This document shows positions 8,452-18,633 of a stretch of DNA of 64,000 nt, one piece after another. Numbering within the stretch: the stretch's first letter is position 1; every line of letters starts with the position of its first letter. The DNA lies in the NCBI GenBank assembly GCA_963832165.1, contig CAWHTE010000007.1, forward strand, positions 64,001 through 128,000. The letters are read 5' to 3'. The translations under genes were made by a program, and so were the position numbers. The DNA comes from an uncultured delta proteobacterium. GTDB lineage: Bacteria; Myxococcota_A; UBA9160; SMWR01. The notes under the pieces are model-generated. The model did not search any database. It worked only from the letters and a program-made list of their open reading frames with translations, and had not been told where the DNA came from.

Positions 8452-11160
8452 CTAGCGCGGGGATCGCCGGCGCGCGCGGTCGAGCAGCGAGATCAGGGCC
8501 GCGCCGGATGCGAAGAGCAGGCCGCGCGCGGGCTCGGGGAAATAGTGCACGCTGAACGCGCCGCTGAGCTTGCCCGTGACGAGGTCGGGATCGGCGTCGC
8601 CATCGAGATCGCCGGTCGTGGGAGCCGAGCCGCTGCCGACATCAGCGCCCGCGAGCGGGCTCGCCGCGCCCGTGAGCGCGGCGAACGCCGCGCCGGTCGC
8701 GCTGCCGGTGTTGTTGAAGTAGGCGAAGCCCCCGGCGACCTCACCTGAGACGAGATCGAGATCACCGTCGCCGTCGAAGTCGCCGAGCGCGGCCGTCGAG
8801 AAGGACCCGGCGCCGTAGCCGTAGAACGGATTCGCAGGGCCCGTCTGCTCGCTGAACACCGGGCTCACGGCGTCGAGGACGTTCTCGTAGTAGTGGAAGC
8901 CGCCGAGCGCCTCGCCCGTCACCAGGTCGAGATCGCCGTCGCCGTCGAGATCGCCCAGCGCAGGAGTCGACCAGCCCGCCGGTACGAGCAGGGCGTCGAA
9001 TGGATTGCCGGAGCCCGTCTGCTCGGTGAACACCGGGCTCAACGGGCCGCCCCCGTTCTCGAAATAGAAGAACTCGCCCGCGAACTCGCCTGCAACGAAA
9101 TCGAGGTCGCCGTCCCCGTCGAGATCGCCGAACGCGGGACTGGAATAGTCGCCCACGTCCACGCCATCGAAGGGGTTGGCCGCCCCCGTGATCGCCGCGA
9201 ACGCGGGACGCGTCGCGCTGCCGGTGTTGCGGAAGTACCGGAACTGCCCGTCGCGATTGCCCGATACCAGGTCGGGATCGCCATCGCCGTCGAGGTCCCC
9301 CAGCGCAGGTGCGGAGAGCGTACCCGCGGTGAGCCCCACGAGCGGGTCCGCGCTGCCCGTGAGCTCGAATGCGGGGACGACCTGCGGGATGAAGTTCGCA
9401 AACGCCGTGAACGTGCCGTTCGAATTGCCCGACACGAGGTCGAGATCGCGGTCTCGATCGAGGTCGACGAACGCGGGCGTGGCTGCGAAGCCCCCCGCGG
9501 TCTCCCCATCGAGCGGGTTCTCCGGTCCCGAGCGCTCGATGAAGGCCGGGCTCGCCGCGCTGCCGGTGTTCTCGAAGAAGTGGAAGGCGCTGAACAGCTC
9601 GCCGATGAACAGATCGCGATCCCCGTCGCCGTCGACATCGCCCAGCGCTGGGACGGACTGACTCCCGATATCGACGCCATCGAGCGGGTTACCCGCGCCG
9701 ATCTGCTCCGCGAACGCCGGGGCCGCCGCGCTGCCCGTGTTGCGGTAGTAGCGCAGCGTGCCGTCGTCCACGCCCGCGAACAGATCGAGGTCGCCGTCCG
9801 CATCGAGGTCGGCGAGGCTCGGAGCCGCGCGGCCGCCGACATCCTGAGTGTTCAGCGGGTTCGACGCGCCCGTGAGCTCGGTGAACGCCGGGGTCGCGAG
9901 GCCGCCGGTGTTTCGGAAATAGCGGAAGGTGCCGTCGCTCGCGCCCGCGACGAGATCGATGCGGCCGTCGGCGTCGAGATCGGCGAGTGCGGGGATCGCC
10001 GAGTCCCCCACGTCACGGCCATCGAGCGGGTTCGCCGCACCCGTCTGCTCCGCGAACGCCGGGCTCGCCGCGCTGCCGGTGTTGCGGAAGAACCGGAAGG
10101 TGCCATCGAACTGGCCGGCGACGAGGTCGCGGTCGCCGTCGCCGTCGAGATCGCCGAACGAGGCGGCCGAGTCGCCTGCCAGGGTCGCACCCGCGAGCGG
10201 ATTCGCCGTGCCCGTGCGCGGCACCAGCTTCCCACCCAGATGCTCGAAGGCCGCGAAGACTCCGTTGGATTGGCCCGCGGCCAGATCGACGTCGCCGTCG
10301 CCGTCGTAGTCGCCGAACGAGGGGGCCGAGTCGCCTGGCAGGCCCGCACCCGCGAGCGGATTCGCAGCGCCGGTGCGCTGGATGAACTTGGGACTCGTCG
10401 CGCTGCCGGTGTTCTCGAACACCAGGAACGACCCGGCGAGCTCTCCCACGACGAGGTCCAGATCGCCGTCGCCATCGAGGTCGCCGAGGGCCGGGTTCGA
10501 GTTGCTTCCCAGATCCTGTCCGGGGAGCGGGTTCGACGCGCCCGTTGCGGCCGCGAACGCGGGGCTCACAGCGCTGCCAGTGTTGCGGAAGTAGAGGAGT
10601 GCGCCGCCCTGCTCGCCCGCGACCAGGTCGAGATCGCCGTCGCCGTCGAGATCGCCGAGTGCGGGGGCGGACGCGCTGCCCGCGCTCTGACTGTCCAGCG
10701 GGTTGCTCGAACCCGTGAGCGGGATGAACGCGGGGTTCGCCGCGTCGCCCGTGTTCCGGTAGGTGAAGAATGCCCCGTTCAGGGCCCCCGCGACGAGATC
10801 GAGATCGCCATCGCCGTCGAGATCGCCGAGCGCGGGCCGCGAAGTGTCTCCCACATCCTCGCCGTCCAGGCCCGAGCCCGCGAGCAGTGTGAACGAGCCG
10901 CCGAGCGCACTGCCGTTGTTCCGGAAGTACCGGAACTCGCCGTTCTGCTCACCCGCGATCCCGTCGAGGTCGCCGTCGCGGTCGAGGTCGCCGAGCGCGA
11001 GCGATGTCTGGCTCAGGCCCGCGGAGAGACCCTCGAACGGGTTCGCTGCGCCCGTGAGCACCCGGAACGGCACGAGCTCCGCGCGCACGGGCGCTGCGCC
11101 GAGCCCGAGCAGTGCCACCGCGAGCAGCGACGACGCGCCTACGCTGCGCAGCACCCACAC
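8452..11160 (-). CDS. Secreted FG-GAP/VCBS-like repeat protein with C-terminal PEP-CTERM-like sorting signal
   Basis: Signal peptide (SLLAVALLGLGAAPVRA), 15 repeats of about 57 aa with the core GDLDGDGDLDLVxG, and C-terminus FPEP + hydrophobic stretch + RARRRSPR. Start GTG at 11160 or 11154. Confidence 0.85.
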   Translation of the reverse strand: MWVLRSVGASSLLAVALLGLGAAPVRAELVPFRVLTGAANPFEGLSAGLSQTSLALGDLDRDGDLDGIAGEQNGEFRYFRNNGSALGGSFTLLAGSGLDGEDVGDTSRPALGDLDGDGDLDLVAGALNGAFFTYRNTGDAANPAFIPLTGSSNPLDSQSAGSASAPALGDLDGDGDLDLVAGEQGGALLYFRNTGSAVSPAFAAATGASNPLPGQDLGSNSNPALGDLDGDGDLDLVVGELAGSFLVFENTGSATSPKFIQRTGAANPLAGAGLPGDSAPSFGDYDGDGDVDLAAGQSNGVFAAFEHLGGKLVPRTGTANPLAGATLAGDSAASFGDLDGDGDRDLVAGQFDGTFRFFRNTGSAASPAFAEQTGAANPLDGRDVGDSAIPALADLDADGRIDLVAGASDGTFRYFRNTGGLATPAFTELTGASNPLNTQDVGGRAAPSLADLDADGDLDLFAGVDDGTLRYYRNTGSAAAPAFAEQIGAGNPLDGVDIGSQSVPALGDVDGDGDRDLFIGELFSAFHFFENTGSAASPAFIERSGPENPLDGETAGGFAATPAFVDLDRDRDLDLVSGNSNGTFTAFANFIPQVVPAFELTGSADPLVGLTAGTLSAPALGDLDGDGDPDLVSGNRDGQFRYFRNTGSATRPAFAAITGAANPFDGVDVGDYSSPAFGDLDGDGDLDFVAGEFAGEFFYFENGGGPLSPVFTEQTGSGNPFDALLVPAGWSTPALGDLDGDGDLDLVTGEALGGFHYYENVLDAVSPVFSEQTGPANPFYGYGAGSFSTAALGDFDGDGDLDLVSGEVAGGFAYFNNTGSATGAAFAALTGAASPLAGADVGSGSAPTTGDLDGDADPDLVTGKLSGAFSVHYFPEPARGLLFASGAALISLLDRARRRSPR

Positions 11161-11356
11161 GAGGTAGCCCGAATCGCGGCGATGGCGGCGCACGAAGCAC
11201 CGCGCCGCCGCGCGCACCTGCTGGCGCGTGGCCGCGCCGCGCGCGCTCGCGAAGAGCGCCCGTTCGCAGGCCGTGGCGAGCGCGACCGATCCTTGTTTAT
11301 TCAAGGTCCGCCCCGAATAGCAGCTGGGGAAGGATCTCACGCCCGCCCGGGATGGC

Positions 11357-13594
11357 TCAAGTGGAAACGGGAATCCTGCGCGACGAACTGCTCTCCGAAC
11401 GATGGCGCCAGATCGCGTGATAGGCGGACTCGAGCTGGCGCGCGAAGCCGGGGAGGTCGAAGAGCGGAGCCGAGTCGCACGCTTCGATGAGCCGCTTGCG
11501 CACTGCTGCTAGTTCTTGCGGGCGGGTCGCCCACACGACCGCCCGTTCCTCGTAGGCGCGGGAATCTTCACAAATCGCCTCGGGAATCCCGGCCGACGTG
11601 CACAGGCTCGCCCCGATCCGGGAGACGAAGCGATCGCCGGGTCTCGTGAGCACGGGCAGCCCCGCGCACAGCGCACCGATTGCGGTGGCGCCCGCGTTGT
11701 ACGCGAAGGTGTCGAGGAACAGGTCGGCCGCGCGATAGCGCGCCAGGTAGTGCGGCAGCGGGGCGCGCGGCGCGAAGACGAGCCGGGCCGGATCGACACC
11801 GCTCTGTTTCGCCGCGCTCGCGAGGTTCGCGCGCGCGGTGGCCGAACCCTCGTCGGGCAGCCAGAGCACGCTCTCGGGCACGCGCGCGAGGATGCGCATC
11901 CACGTGGCGAACGTCTCGGCATCGAGCTTGTACAGGCCGTTCATGCAGCAGAACACGAATGCGCGCTCGGGCAGGCCGAGCTCGGCGCGCGGCGGCGCCG
12001 GCGCGATCGACAGCGGCGACGCGGGCGCGAATCCGCGCGGAAGCGCGACGATCGTCTCGCTGAACTGCTCGGCGTGTTCTTCTGGAACGGCGCGATCGTC
12101 GGCGAGGATGTAGGGCAGGAAGTCGGCTCCGAGCGTGCCGAGATGGCCGAGCCAGTGCACCTGCACGGGCGCGGGGCGCAGCGCGAAGATCGCGGGGCGC
12201 GAGTAGGTGGTGTAGCCCGCGAGGTCGACGAGCACGTCGATGCGGTCCGCGTAGATGCGCCGCGCTACCGCCTCGGGCGACTCGCGCGACACGTCGCGGA
12301 ACTCGTCGACGCCTGCGCGGATCCGACGCGAGATCGCGTCGTCGACGGACACGAGCGAGTAGGCGTGCACCGAGACCGCACCGCGGTCGTGGTGGCGGAA
12401 CAGATCGCAGATCAGCGTTCCGACAGCGTGGGTGCGGAAGTCGGGCGAGACGTAGCCGACGCGCAGGCGTTCGGGCTCGCGCTGCGCAGGAGCGTGGCGG
12501 AACGCGCAGCGCGCGCGCGCCGCGGCGGTCTCGCGCTCGATCCCCGCGCCGAGATGCCGCGCCACCGCGAGCCGCAGCGGCGCCGGGATCGGCAGCACTT
12601 CGAGCGCGAGCGACGGCAGGCCGCGCTCTGGCGCGCCGCGCACGACGGCTTCGACCTGCGCCGCGAGCTCTCGCATGCGCTCGGCCTCGCCGCTCCAGTC
12701 GCAGAGCCGGCGCGCCACGACGGCCAGGTGACAGCTCGCCTCTGCGGCGAGGTGGGGCGCGCGATCGCGCGCAGCCTCGAACGCCGCGCGCGCCTCCTCG
12801 GCGCGGCCGAGGTCGTCGAGCAGCTTGGCGCGGTTGAAGTGCGCCTCGCCGAGGCCGGGTTCGAGGTCCGTCGCACGCTCGAAGCAGGCGAGCGCGCCGT
12901 CGACGTTGCCGCGCAGCTGGTAGAGCGCGCCGAGGTCATTGAACGCGCCTGCGCGCTGCGGCACGGCGCCGATGAGCTGCTCGAGACACGCGATCGCCTC
13001 GTCGACGCGACCCTCGCGCCGCAACAGATGGGCCAGCTCGGAGAGCAGGTGAGGCTCTTGCGGTGCCGCCTCGAGCGCGCGATCCAGACACGCCTCCGCG
13101 TCGGCGACTTGTCCCGTGCGCGCGAGCAGGCCCGCCAGCGCGAGCGCCGCGGGCGCGAGGCCGGGATGGAGCGAGAGTGCGCGCTCGAGCGCGTCGCGTG
13201 CGAAATTCGTGCTTCCGGACTCGAGCAGCAGCGCGCCGAGGTTGTGGTGCGCGAGCGCGTAATCGGGATCGCGTTCGATCGAGTCGCGATAGGCGCGCTC
13301 GGCCGCGTCGCCCTCGCCGAGCGCGCGCAGCGCGTTGCCGAGGTTGTTGTGGTAGACCGCCGAGTCGGGCCGCGCCGCGATCGCGGCGCGCAACAGCTCC
13401 ACCGCGCGCGCGGGCTCACCCGAGTCGTTGCACAGCACGCCGAGCCCGTGCAGCGCGCGCGGCTCGTCGGGCGCGAGGCGCAGCACTTCCTCGTAGAGCG
13501 GGCGGGCCTTGTCGAGCCGCCCGGCCTTGTGCAGGCGCAGCGCCTCCTGGAGCCAACCCGCGAGCTTGCGCGCGTCGCCCGCGCGCTGCGTCAC
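11357..13594 (-). CDS. TPR-repeat protein with O-GlcNAc transferase (GT41/SPINDLY-like) domain
   Basis: GGAGG RBS upstream of the GTG at 13594. Multiple TPRs, RLRVGYVSPDFRTHAVG, IDVLVDLAGYT, RPAPVQVHWLG, DLFLDTFAYNAGAT. Confidence 0.9.
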   Translation of the reverse strand: MTQRAGDARKLAGWLQEALRLHKAGRLDKARPLYEEVLRLAPDEPRALHGLGVLCNDSGEPARAVELLRAAIAARPDSAVYHNNLGNALRALGEGDAAERAYRDSIERDPDYALAHHNLGALLLESGSTNFARDALERALSLHPGLAPAALALAGLLARTGQVADAEACLDRALEAAPQEPHLLSELAHLLRREGRVDEAIACLEQLIGAVPQRAGAFNDLGALYQLRGNVDGALACFERATDLEPGLGEAHFNRAKLLDDLGRAEEARAAFEAARDRAPHLAAEASCHLAVVARRLCDWSGEAERMRELAAQVEAVVRGAPERGLPSLALEVLPIPAPLRLAVARHLGAGIERETAAARARCAFRHAPAQREPERLRVGYVSPDFRTHAVGTLICDLFRHHDRGAVSVHAYSLVSVDDAISRRIRAGVDEFRDVSRESPEAVARRIYADRIDVLVDLAGYTTYSRPAIFALRPAPVQVHWLGHLGTLGADFLPYILADDRAVPEEHAEQFSETIVALPRGFAPASPLSIAPAPPRAELGLPERAFVFCCMNGLYKLDAETFATWMRILARVPESVLWLPDEGSATARANLASAAKQSGVDPARLVFAPRAPLPHYLARYRAADLFLDTFAYNAGATAIGALCAGLPVLTRPGDRFVSRIGASLCTSAGIPEAICEDSRAYEERAVVWATRPQELAAVRKRLIEACDSAPLFDLPGFARQLESAYHAIWRHRSESSSSRRIPVST

Positions 13595-13646
13595 ATAGCT
13601 GTCCTCCGGTGGCCAAGATACCTGGGAGTGCCAGAATCCCGCACCG

Positions 13647-14720
13647 ATGGCTGCGCCCACCCCTACGACGCCGTTCACCTTCGCGCACACGCCGCAGCTG
13701 CCCGAGATCCTGGCCGAGCTCGGCTGCTCGCTGGTCGTCTCCACCTACCAAGCCGGCAAGGTGATCGTGATCCGCTCGGACGGCGAGCGCCTCGTTCAGC
13801 TGCCGCGCACATTCGACGAGCCGATGGGACTCGCGGTGGACGGCGACCGCATGGCCGTTGCGACCAAGCACTCGCTCGTGCTGCTCGCGAACGAGCCGCG
13901 CCTCGCGGCGTCGTATCCGCGCCAACCCGACACCTACGATGCGCTGTTCGTGCCGCGCTCGGTACACCACTGCGGCGCGCTCGCGGTGCACGACATGGTC
14001 TTCACCGAGCACGGGCTCGTCGGCGTGAACACGCTGTTCTCGTGCCTGTTCCAGCTCGACCCGCGCTTCAGCTTCCGGCCCGTCTGGAAGCCGCGCTTCG
14101 TCTCCGCGCTCGCACCCGAAGACCGCTGCCATCTGAACGGGCTCGCGCTCGAGGGCGGTGCGCCGCGCTACGTCACCGCGCTCGGCACCACCGACACCGC
14201 GGGCGGATGGCGCGCGAACAAGGAGCGCGGCGGCGTGCTCGTGGACGTGGCGAGCGGAGAGGTGATGCTCTCCGGGCTCGCGATGCCGCATTCACCGCGC
14301 GTGTACGACGGAACGCTCTACGCGCTGCTCTCGGCCACGGGCGAGGTGATCGCGGTGGACACCGCACGCGGTCAGTTCGAAGTGGTGCACCGCGTCGACG
14401 GCTTCGCGCGCGGGCTCGCGCGCTGCGGCGACTACTTGTTCGTGGGCACCTCGAAGATCCGCAAGCAGCACACCTTCGGCGATCTTCTTCTCGCGGGACG
14501 GCGCGAGGTGTTCTGCGGCATCACGCTGCTGCACCTGCCGACGGGCGCGTTCGTGGCCGACCTGCGCTACCAGCGCACCTGCGAGGAGATCTACGACGTG
14601 CAGGTGCTGCCGCAGCTGCGCCGCCCGGGCCTGCTCGGACTGCACGACGACGCGTACCGCCGCGCGCTGTCGACGCCGGACCAGGTGTTCTGGGGTCGCG
14701 AGCGCGAGTCGGACGACTGA
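13647..14720 (+). CDS. TIGR03032 / DUF4915 family protein
   Basis: STYQAGK, PMGLA, VNTLFSCL, SFRPVWKPRFVSALAPEDRCHLNGLA, GLAMPHSPR, EIYDVQVL motifs. Confidence 0.88.
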   Translation: MAAPTPTTPFTFAHTPQLPEILAELGCSLVVSTYQAGKVIVIRSDGERLVQLPRTFDEPMGLAVDGDRMAVATKHSLVLLANEPRLAASYPRQPDTYDALFVPRSVHHCGALAVHDMVFTEHGLVGVNTLFSCLFQLDPRFSFRPVWKPRFVSALAPEDRCHLNGLALEGGAPRYVTALGTTDTAGGWRANKERGGVLVDVASGEVMLSGLAMPHSPRVYDGTLYALLSATGEVIAVDTARGQFEVVHRVDGFARGLARCGDYLFVGTSKIRKQHTFGDLLLAGRREVFCGITLLHLPTGAFVADLRYQRTCEEIYDVQVLPQLRRPGLLGLHDDAYRRALSTPDQVFWGRERESDD

Positions 14721-14729
14721 GCGACGAAA

Positions 14730-14762
14730 GGCGGGATCCGCCTTCGGCTCCTCCCGCCCTAC
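14730..14762 (-). repeat. GTAG-type REP-like palindrome (same family as 3839-3870)
   Basis: GGCGGGATCCGCCTTCGGCTCCTCCCGCCCTAC is nearly identical to the copy at 3839-3870 and lies between convergent genes. Confidence 0.7.
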
Positions 14763-15058
14763 GAAGAAGCGGGGACACCGCCCATCGCCTTGTGGACGCG
14801 GCGCTTGAGGCGCTGTCCCACCGGACCGAGCTTCGAGGCGTCCATGTCGACGAGGAAGCGGTCGATTCCACCGTGCTTCTGCACGGTGCGGATCGCGCGC
14901 GTCGTCACGCGCAGCCCCACGTCGTGCTTGAGCGCCTCGCTGTAGAAAGTGACCTGCTGCAGGTTCGGGTTGAAACGGCGCTTGGTGCGCCGGTTCGAGT
15001 GGGACACGCTGTGTCCGAACTGCGGCTTGGTGCCGAGGAGATCGCACTGACGAGCCAT
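14759..15058 (-). CDS. rpmB: 50S ribosomal protein L28
   Basis: [20 protein letters not shown] and [12 protein letters not shown] motifs. Confidence 0.95.
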   Translation of the reverse strand: MARQCDLLGTKPQFGHSVSHSNRRTKRRFNPNLQQVTFYSEALKHDVGLRVTTRAIRTVQKHGGIDRFLVDMDASKLGPVGQRLKRRVHKAMGGVPASS

Positions 15059-15065
15059 CGCGTCC

Positions 15066-15317
15066 CTACTTCTTCGTGGTCTTGCCGTAGCGGCGGCGGA
15101 AGCGGTCGATCTTTCCGTCGTGATCGAGCTCGCGCATCGTGCCGGTCCAGAACGGATGGCTGTGCGACGAGATGTCGAGGTGGATCACGGGCACCTGCTC
15201 GCCGTCGATCTCGCGCATGTCCGACGACTTCATCGTCGAGCGGCTGACCCACTCGTTGCCGGTGGCCGAGTCGACGAACACCACCTTGTGATAATCGGGA
15301 TGGATGCCTTCCTTCAT
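15066..15317 (-). CDS. rpmE2: 50S ribosomal protein L31 type B (zinc-free)
   Basis: [16 protein letters not shown]...[12 protein letters not shown]...[10 protein letters not shown]; no cysteines. Confidence 0.95.
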   Translation of the reverse strand: MKEGIHPDYHKVVFVDSATGNEWVSRSTMKSSDMREIDGEQVPVIHLDISSHSHPFWTGTMRELDHDGKIDRFRRRYGKTTKK

Positions 15318-15321
15318 GGCC

Positions 15322-15627
15322 CTACCAGCTCGACTTCCGCACGCCCGGGAGCTGGCCCTTCAGCGCGAGCTCGCGCAATGCGATGCGCGAGATCGAGAAT
15401 TTGCGGTAGTAGCTGCGCGACCGGCCCGAAATCTCACAGCGCCGGTTGAGCCGCGTCGGACACGAGTTGCGCGGCAGCTTCGCGAACTTTTGCTGCGCTT
15501 CGAGCTTGTCGTCCATCGAGGCCTCGGGATCCTTGAGCACCTTGCGCAGCGCGGCGCGCTTCGCGGCGTGCTTCTTGATCAGCTTCTTCCGGCGCCTGTC
15601 GCGAAGCACCTGAGAGGTCTTGGCCAC
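15322..15627 (-). CDS. rpsN: 30S ribosomal protein S14, long zinc-independent form
   Basis: 101 aa; [19 protein letters not shown]...[22 protein letters not shown]; lacks the CxxC...CxxC zinc motif. Confidence 0.95.
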   Translation of the reverse strand: MAKTSQVLRDRRRKKLIKKHAAKRAALRKVLKDPEASMDDKLEAQQKFAKLPRNSCPTRLNRRCEISGRSRSYYRKFSISRIALRELALKGQLPGVRKSSW

Positions 15628-15823
15628 TTATCGCTCCTGGATCCGCGCAATGGGCGCGAGGGTTCGGCGGGTCGGGAAAGCTATCGAGCAGCCCGGGGGG
15701 TCGCAAGTCGGCGCCCGCGGGGGTCCTATCTCTATCCGAGGATGGGTCGAGCGCACTGGATTGGCGGATCACGCCCGTTGGGCTAATCCGCCCTACTCCT
15801 CTTTCATTTCCGGGGTTTGCAGG

Positions 15824-18482
15824 TTGTCCGACGACCGCCCGCGCCACCGCGCGATCGATCCGAATACCTTGCCCAAGCACTTCGAGGCGGCGGCCGCGGA
15901 GCAGCGCTGGCACGCGGTCTGGCAGGAGAGCCGGATCTATCACTACGACCCTTCCCGCCCGCGCGCCGAGACGTTCGTGATCGACACCCCGCCGCCGACC
16001 GCCTCGGGGTCGCTGCACCCGGGTCACGTCTTCTCCTACACCCACACCGACCTCATCGCGCGCTACCGGCGCATGGCGGGCCAGAACGTCTTCTACCCGA
16101 TGGGCTGGGACGACAACGGCCTGCCCACCGAGCGCCGCGTCCAGAACTACTTCCACATCCGCTGCGACCCGAGTGCGCCCTACGAGCCGGGCCTCGAGCT
16201 CGCCGAGGCGAGCGCGAAAGACCGCAAGGAGCCGCCGCGCCAGGTGTCGCGCCCGAACTTCATCGAGGCGTGCGAGCGCGTGACGCGCGAAGACGAGCGC
16301 TCGTTCAAGGCGCTCTGGCAGCGGCTCGGACTCTCGATCGATTGGCGGCACGAGTACCAGACGATCGATCCGCGCTCGCGGCGCGTCGCGCAGTACTCGT
16401 TTCTCGATCTGTTCGCGAAGGGTCACGTCGAGAGCCGCCATGCGCCCACGATGTGGGACGTCGACTTCCAATGCGCAGTCGCGCAGGCCGAGCTCGAAGA
16501 TCGCGAGCGGCCCGGCGCCTATCACGACATCGAGTTCGGGGTGGAGGGCGGCGGCGCGTTTGCGATCTCCACCACGCGCCCGGAGCTGCTCGCGGCGTGC
16601 GTGGGCGTCACCGCGCACCCGAATGACGCGCGCTATCAGAAGTGGTTCGGCAAGCGCGCGATCACGCCGCTGTTCCGCGTTCCGGTGCCGATCTTCCCGA
16701 GCGAGAAGGCCGATCCCGAGAAGGGCACCGGCATCCTCATGGTGTGCACGTTCGGCGACGCCACCGACGTGGAGTGGTGGCGCGAGAATCGCCTGGCGCT
16801 GCGCCAGCTCGTGCAGCGCAACGGGCGGCTCGCGGCCGTGGAGTTCGGGAGCGAAGGCTACGAGAGCCTCGATCCCGAGAGCGCCAACCGCTATTACGCC
16901 CAGCTCGCGGGCAAGAACGTCGCGCAGGCGCAGAAGATCTCCGTCGAGCTGCTGCGCGATCCGGCCGGCAGCGCCACCGGCAGTGGTGCGCCGCTGCGCG
17001 GCGAGCCGAAGCCGATCTCGCACGCGGTGAAGTTCTACGAGAAGGGCGACCGCCCGCTCGAGTTCGTTCCGACGCGCCAGTGGTTCGTTCGACTGCTCGA
17101 GCACCGCGAAGCCCTGCTCGCCAAGGGCGCCGAGGTGCACTGGCATCCGAACGCACATGGCGAAGCGCTACGAGGACTGGACGCGCAACCTGAACGCGGA
17201 CTGGTGCGTCTCGCGACAGCGCTATTTCGGCGTTCCGATCCCGGTGTGGTACCCGCTCGACGCCTCCGGCGAGCGCGACTACGCGCACCCGATCCTGCCC
17301 AGCGCGGATCTCGCTGCCCGTGGACCCCACCACGGATCTGCCGCCGGGCTACATTCGGCCGATCAGCGCGAGCAGCCGGGCGGCTTCTCGGCGGAGACCG
17401 ATATCTTCGACACCTGGTTCACGAGCTCGCTCACGCCGCAGATCAGCTCGCACTGGATCACCGACCCGGCGCGCTACGCGGCGCTGTTTCCGGCCGACCT
17501 GCGACCGCAGGGCCAGGACATCATCCGCACCTGGGCGTTCTACACGATCGCAAAGGCGCTGCTGCACGAGAACTCGGTGCCGTGGCATCACATCGCCGTG
17601 TCGGGCTTCATCACCGATCCCGACCGCAAGAAGATGTCGAAGAGCAAGGGCAACGTGACCACGCCGCTTCCGCTCCTCGACGAGTACACGGCCGACGGCG
17701 TGCGCTACTGGGCCGCGAGCGCTCGGCTCGGCGTCGATACTGCGCTGGACGAGCAGGTGTTCAAGATCGGCAAGCGCCTGGTCACGAAGATCTTCAACGC
17801 GGGCAAGTTCGTGCTCGCGCAGGAAGCCGACGTGGCGCCGATCTCGGACGAGCTCGACCGCGCATTCACGGCGAAGCTCTTCGCACTCGTCCTGCGCTCG
17901 ACGCACAACTTCGAGACCTTCCAGCACGCGCTGGTGCTCCAGGAGGTGGAGACCTTCTTCTGGTCCCACTTCACCGACACCTACCTCGAGCTCGCCAAGG
18001 TCCGCGCGCGCAGCGACACGAACACCGCGGGCCGCGGCTCGGCAGTGGCGACGCTGCGACTCGGCCTCGACGTGCTGCTGCGCCTGTTCGCGCCGTTCCT
18101 GCCGTTCATCAGCGAAGAGGTGTGGTCGTGGGCGTTCGCCGCCGAGAAGGGCCAGCCGAGCATTCATGCCGCGCCGTGGCCGAGCGAGCGCGACTTCGCG
18201 CGCGTGCCCGAGCCCGCCGCGCCCGAGAGCTTCGACCTCGCAGTCGCGTGCTGGAACGCGATCCTCAAGGCGAAGTCCGACGGCGCGGTGTCGATGGGGC
18301 GAGAAGTGGAGCGGCTCGTGATCGCGGCGAACGCGGAGACGCTCGCTGCGTTGACTAGCGTGCTCCCCGACGTGCTCGCAGCTGCGCGCTGCCACGCACA
18401 CACGCTCGCGACCGACGACGCGCTCGCCGACGGCGCAATCGCGATCCGCGACGCGATTTTCGCGGAGCGCGCCGAGGGTTAG
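15824..18482 (+). CDS. valS: Valine--tRNA ligase (short actinobacterial/archaeal-like type), with indels near 17150, 17310 and 17355
   Basis: DTPPPTASGSLHPGH (HIGH), MGWDDNGLPTERRV, DWCVSRQRYFGVPIP, DTWFTSS, KKMSKSKGN (KMSKS). Split across ORFs 15620..18358, 17157..18482 and 17320..17658. TTG start approximate. Confidence 0.93.
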
Positions 18483-18633
18483 GCGATCGTTCGCCTCGCG
18501 AACTACTGACAGGGGTCGGGGCGAGTCCGGACGGCACCGCACCCCTTCCGCGCTCGCGCATGCCGGAGTAGGTTTTCGCTGCGCGACCCCGGTGGCCGCC
18601 TGGGATCGATGACGACACCACTCATCACCCGAG

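Noticed and set aside
8452..11080. Periodic ~170-bp DNA repeats as a CRISPR array or mobile repeat
   Set aside because: The repeats are degenerate, in frame and encode FG-GAP motifs. There are no identical repeats with unique spacers and no cas genes.
11516..15247. Long antisense/alternate-frame ORFs (also 34142..37387, 59001..62198, 44261..46939)
   Set aside because: These are Arg/Ala-rich shadow ORFs expected in high-GC DNA, overlapping well-supported genes.
15628..15823. Zur box or T-box/leader between rpsN and valS
   Set aside because: No recognisable Zur-like AT-rich palindrome or T-box consensus was seen.
17140..17360. Programmed frameshifting or pseudogenisation of valS
   Set aside because: There are no slippery heptamers and three indels within about 200 bp of an otherwise intact, normally essential gene. 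This matches the window-wide insertion-error pattern.
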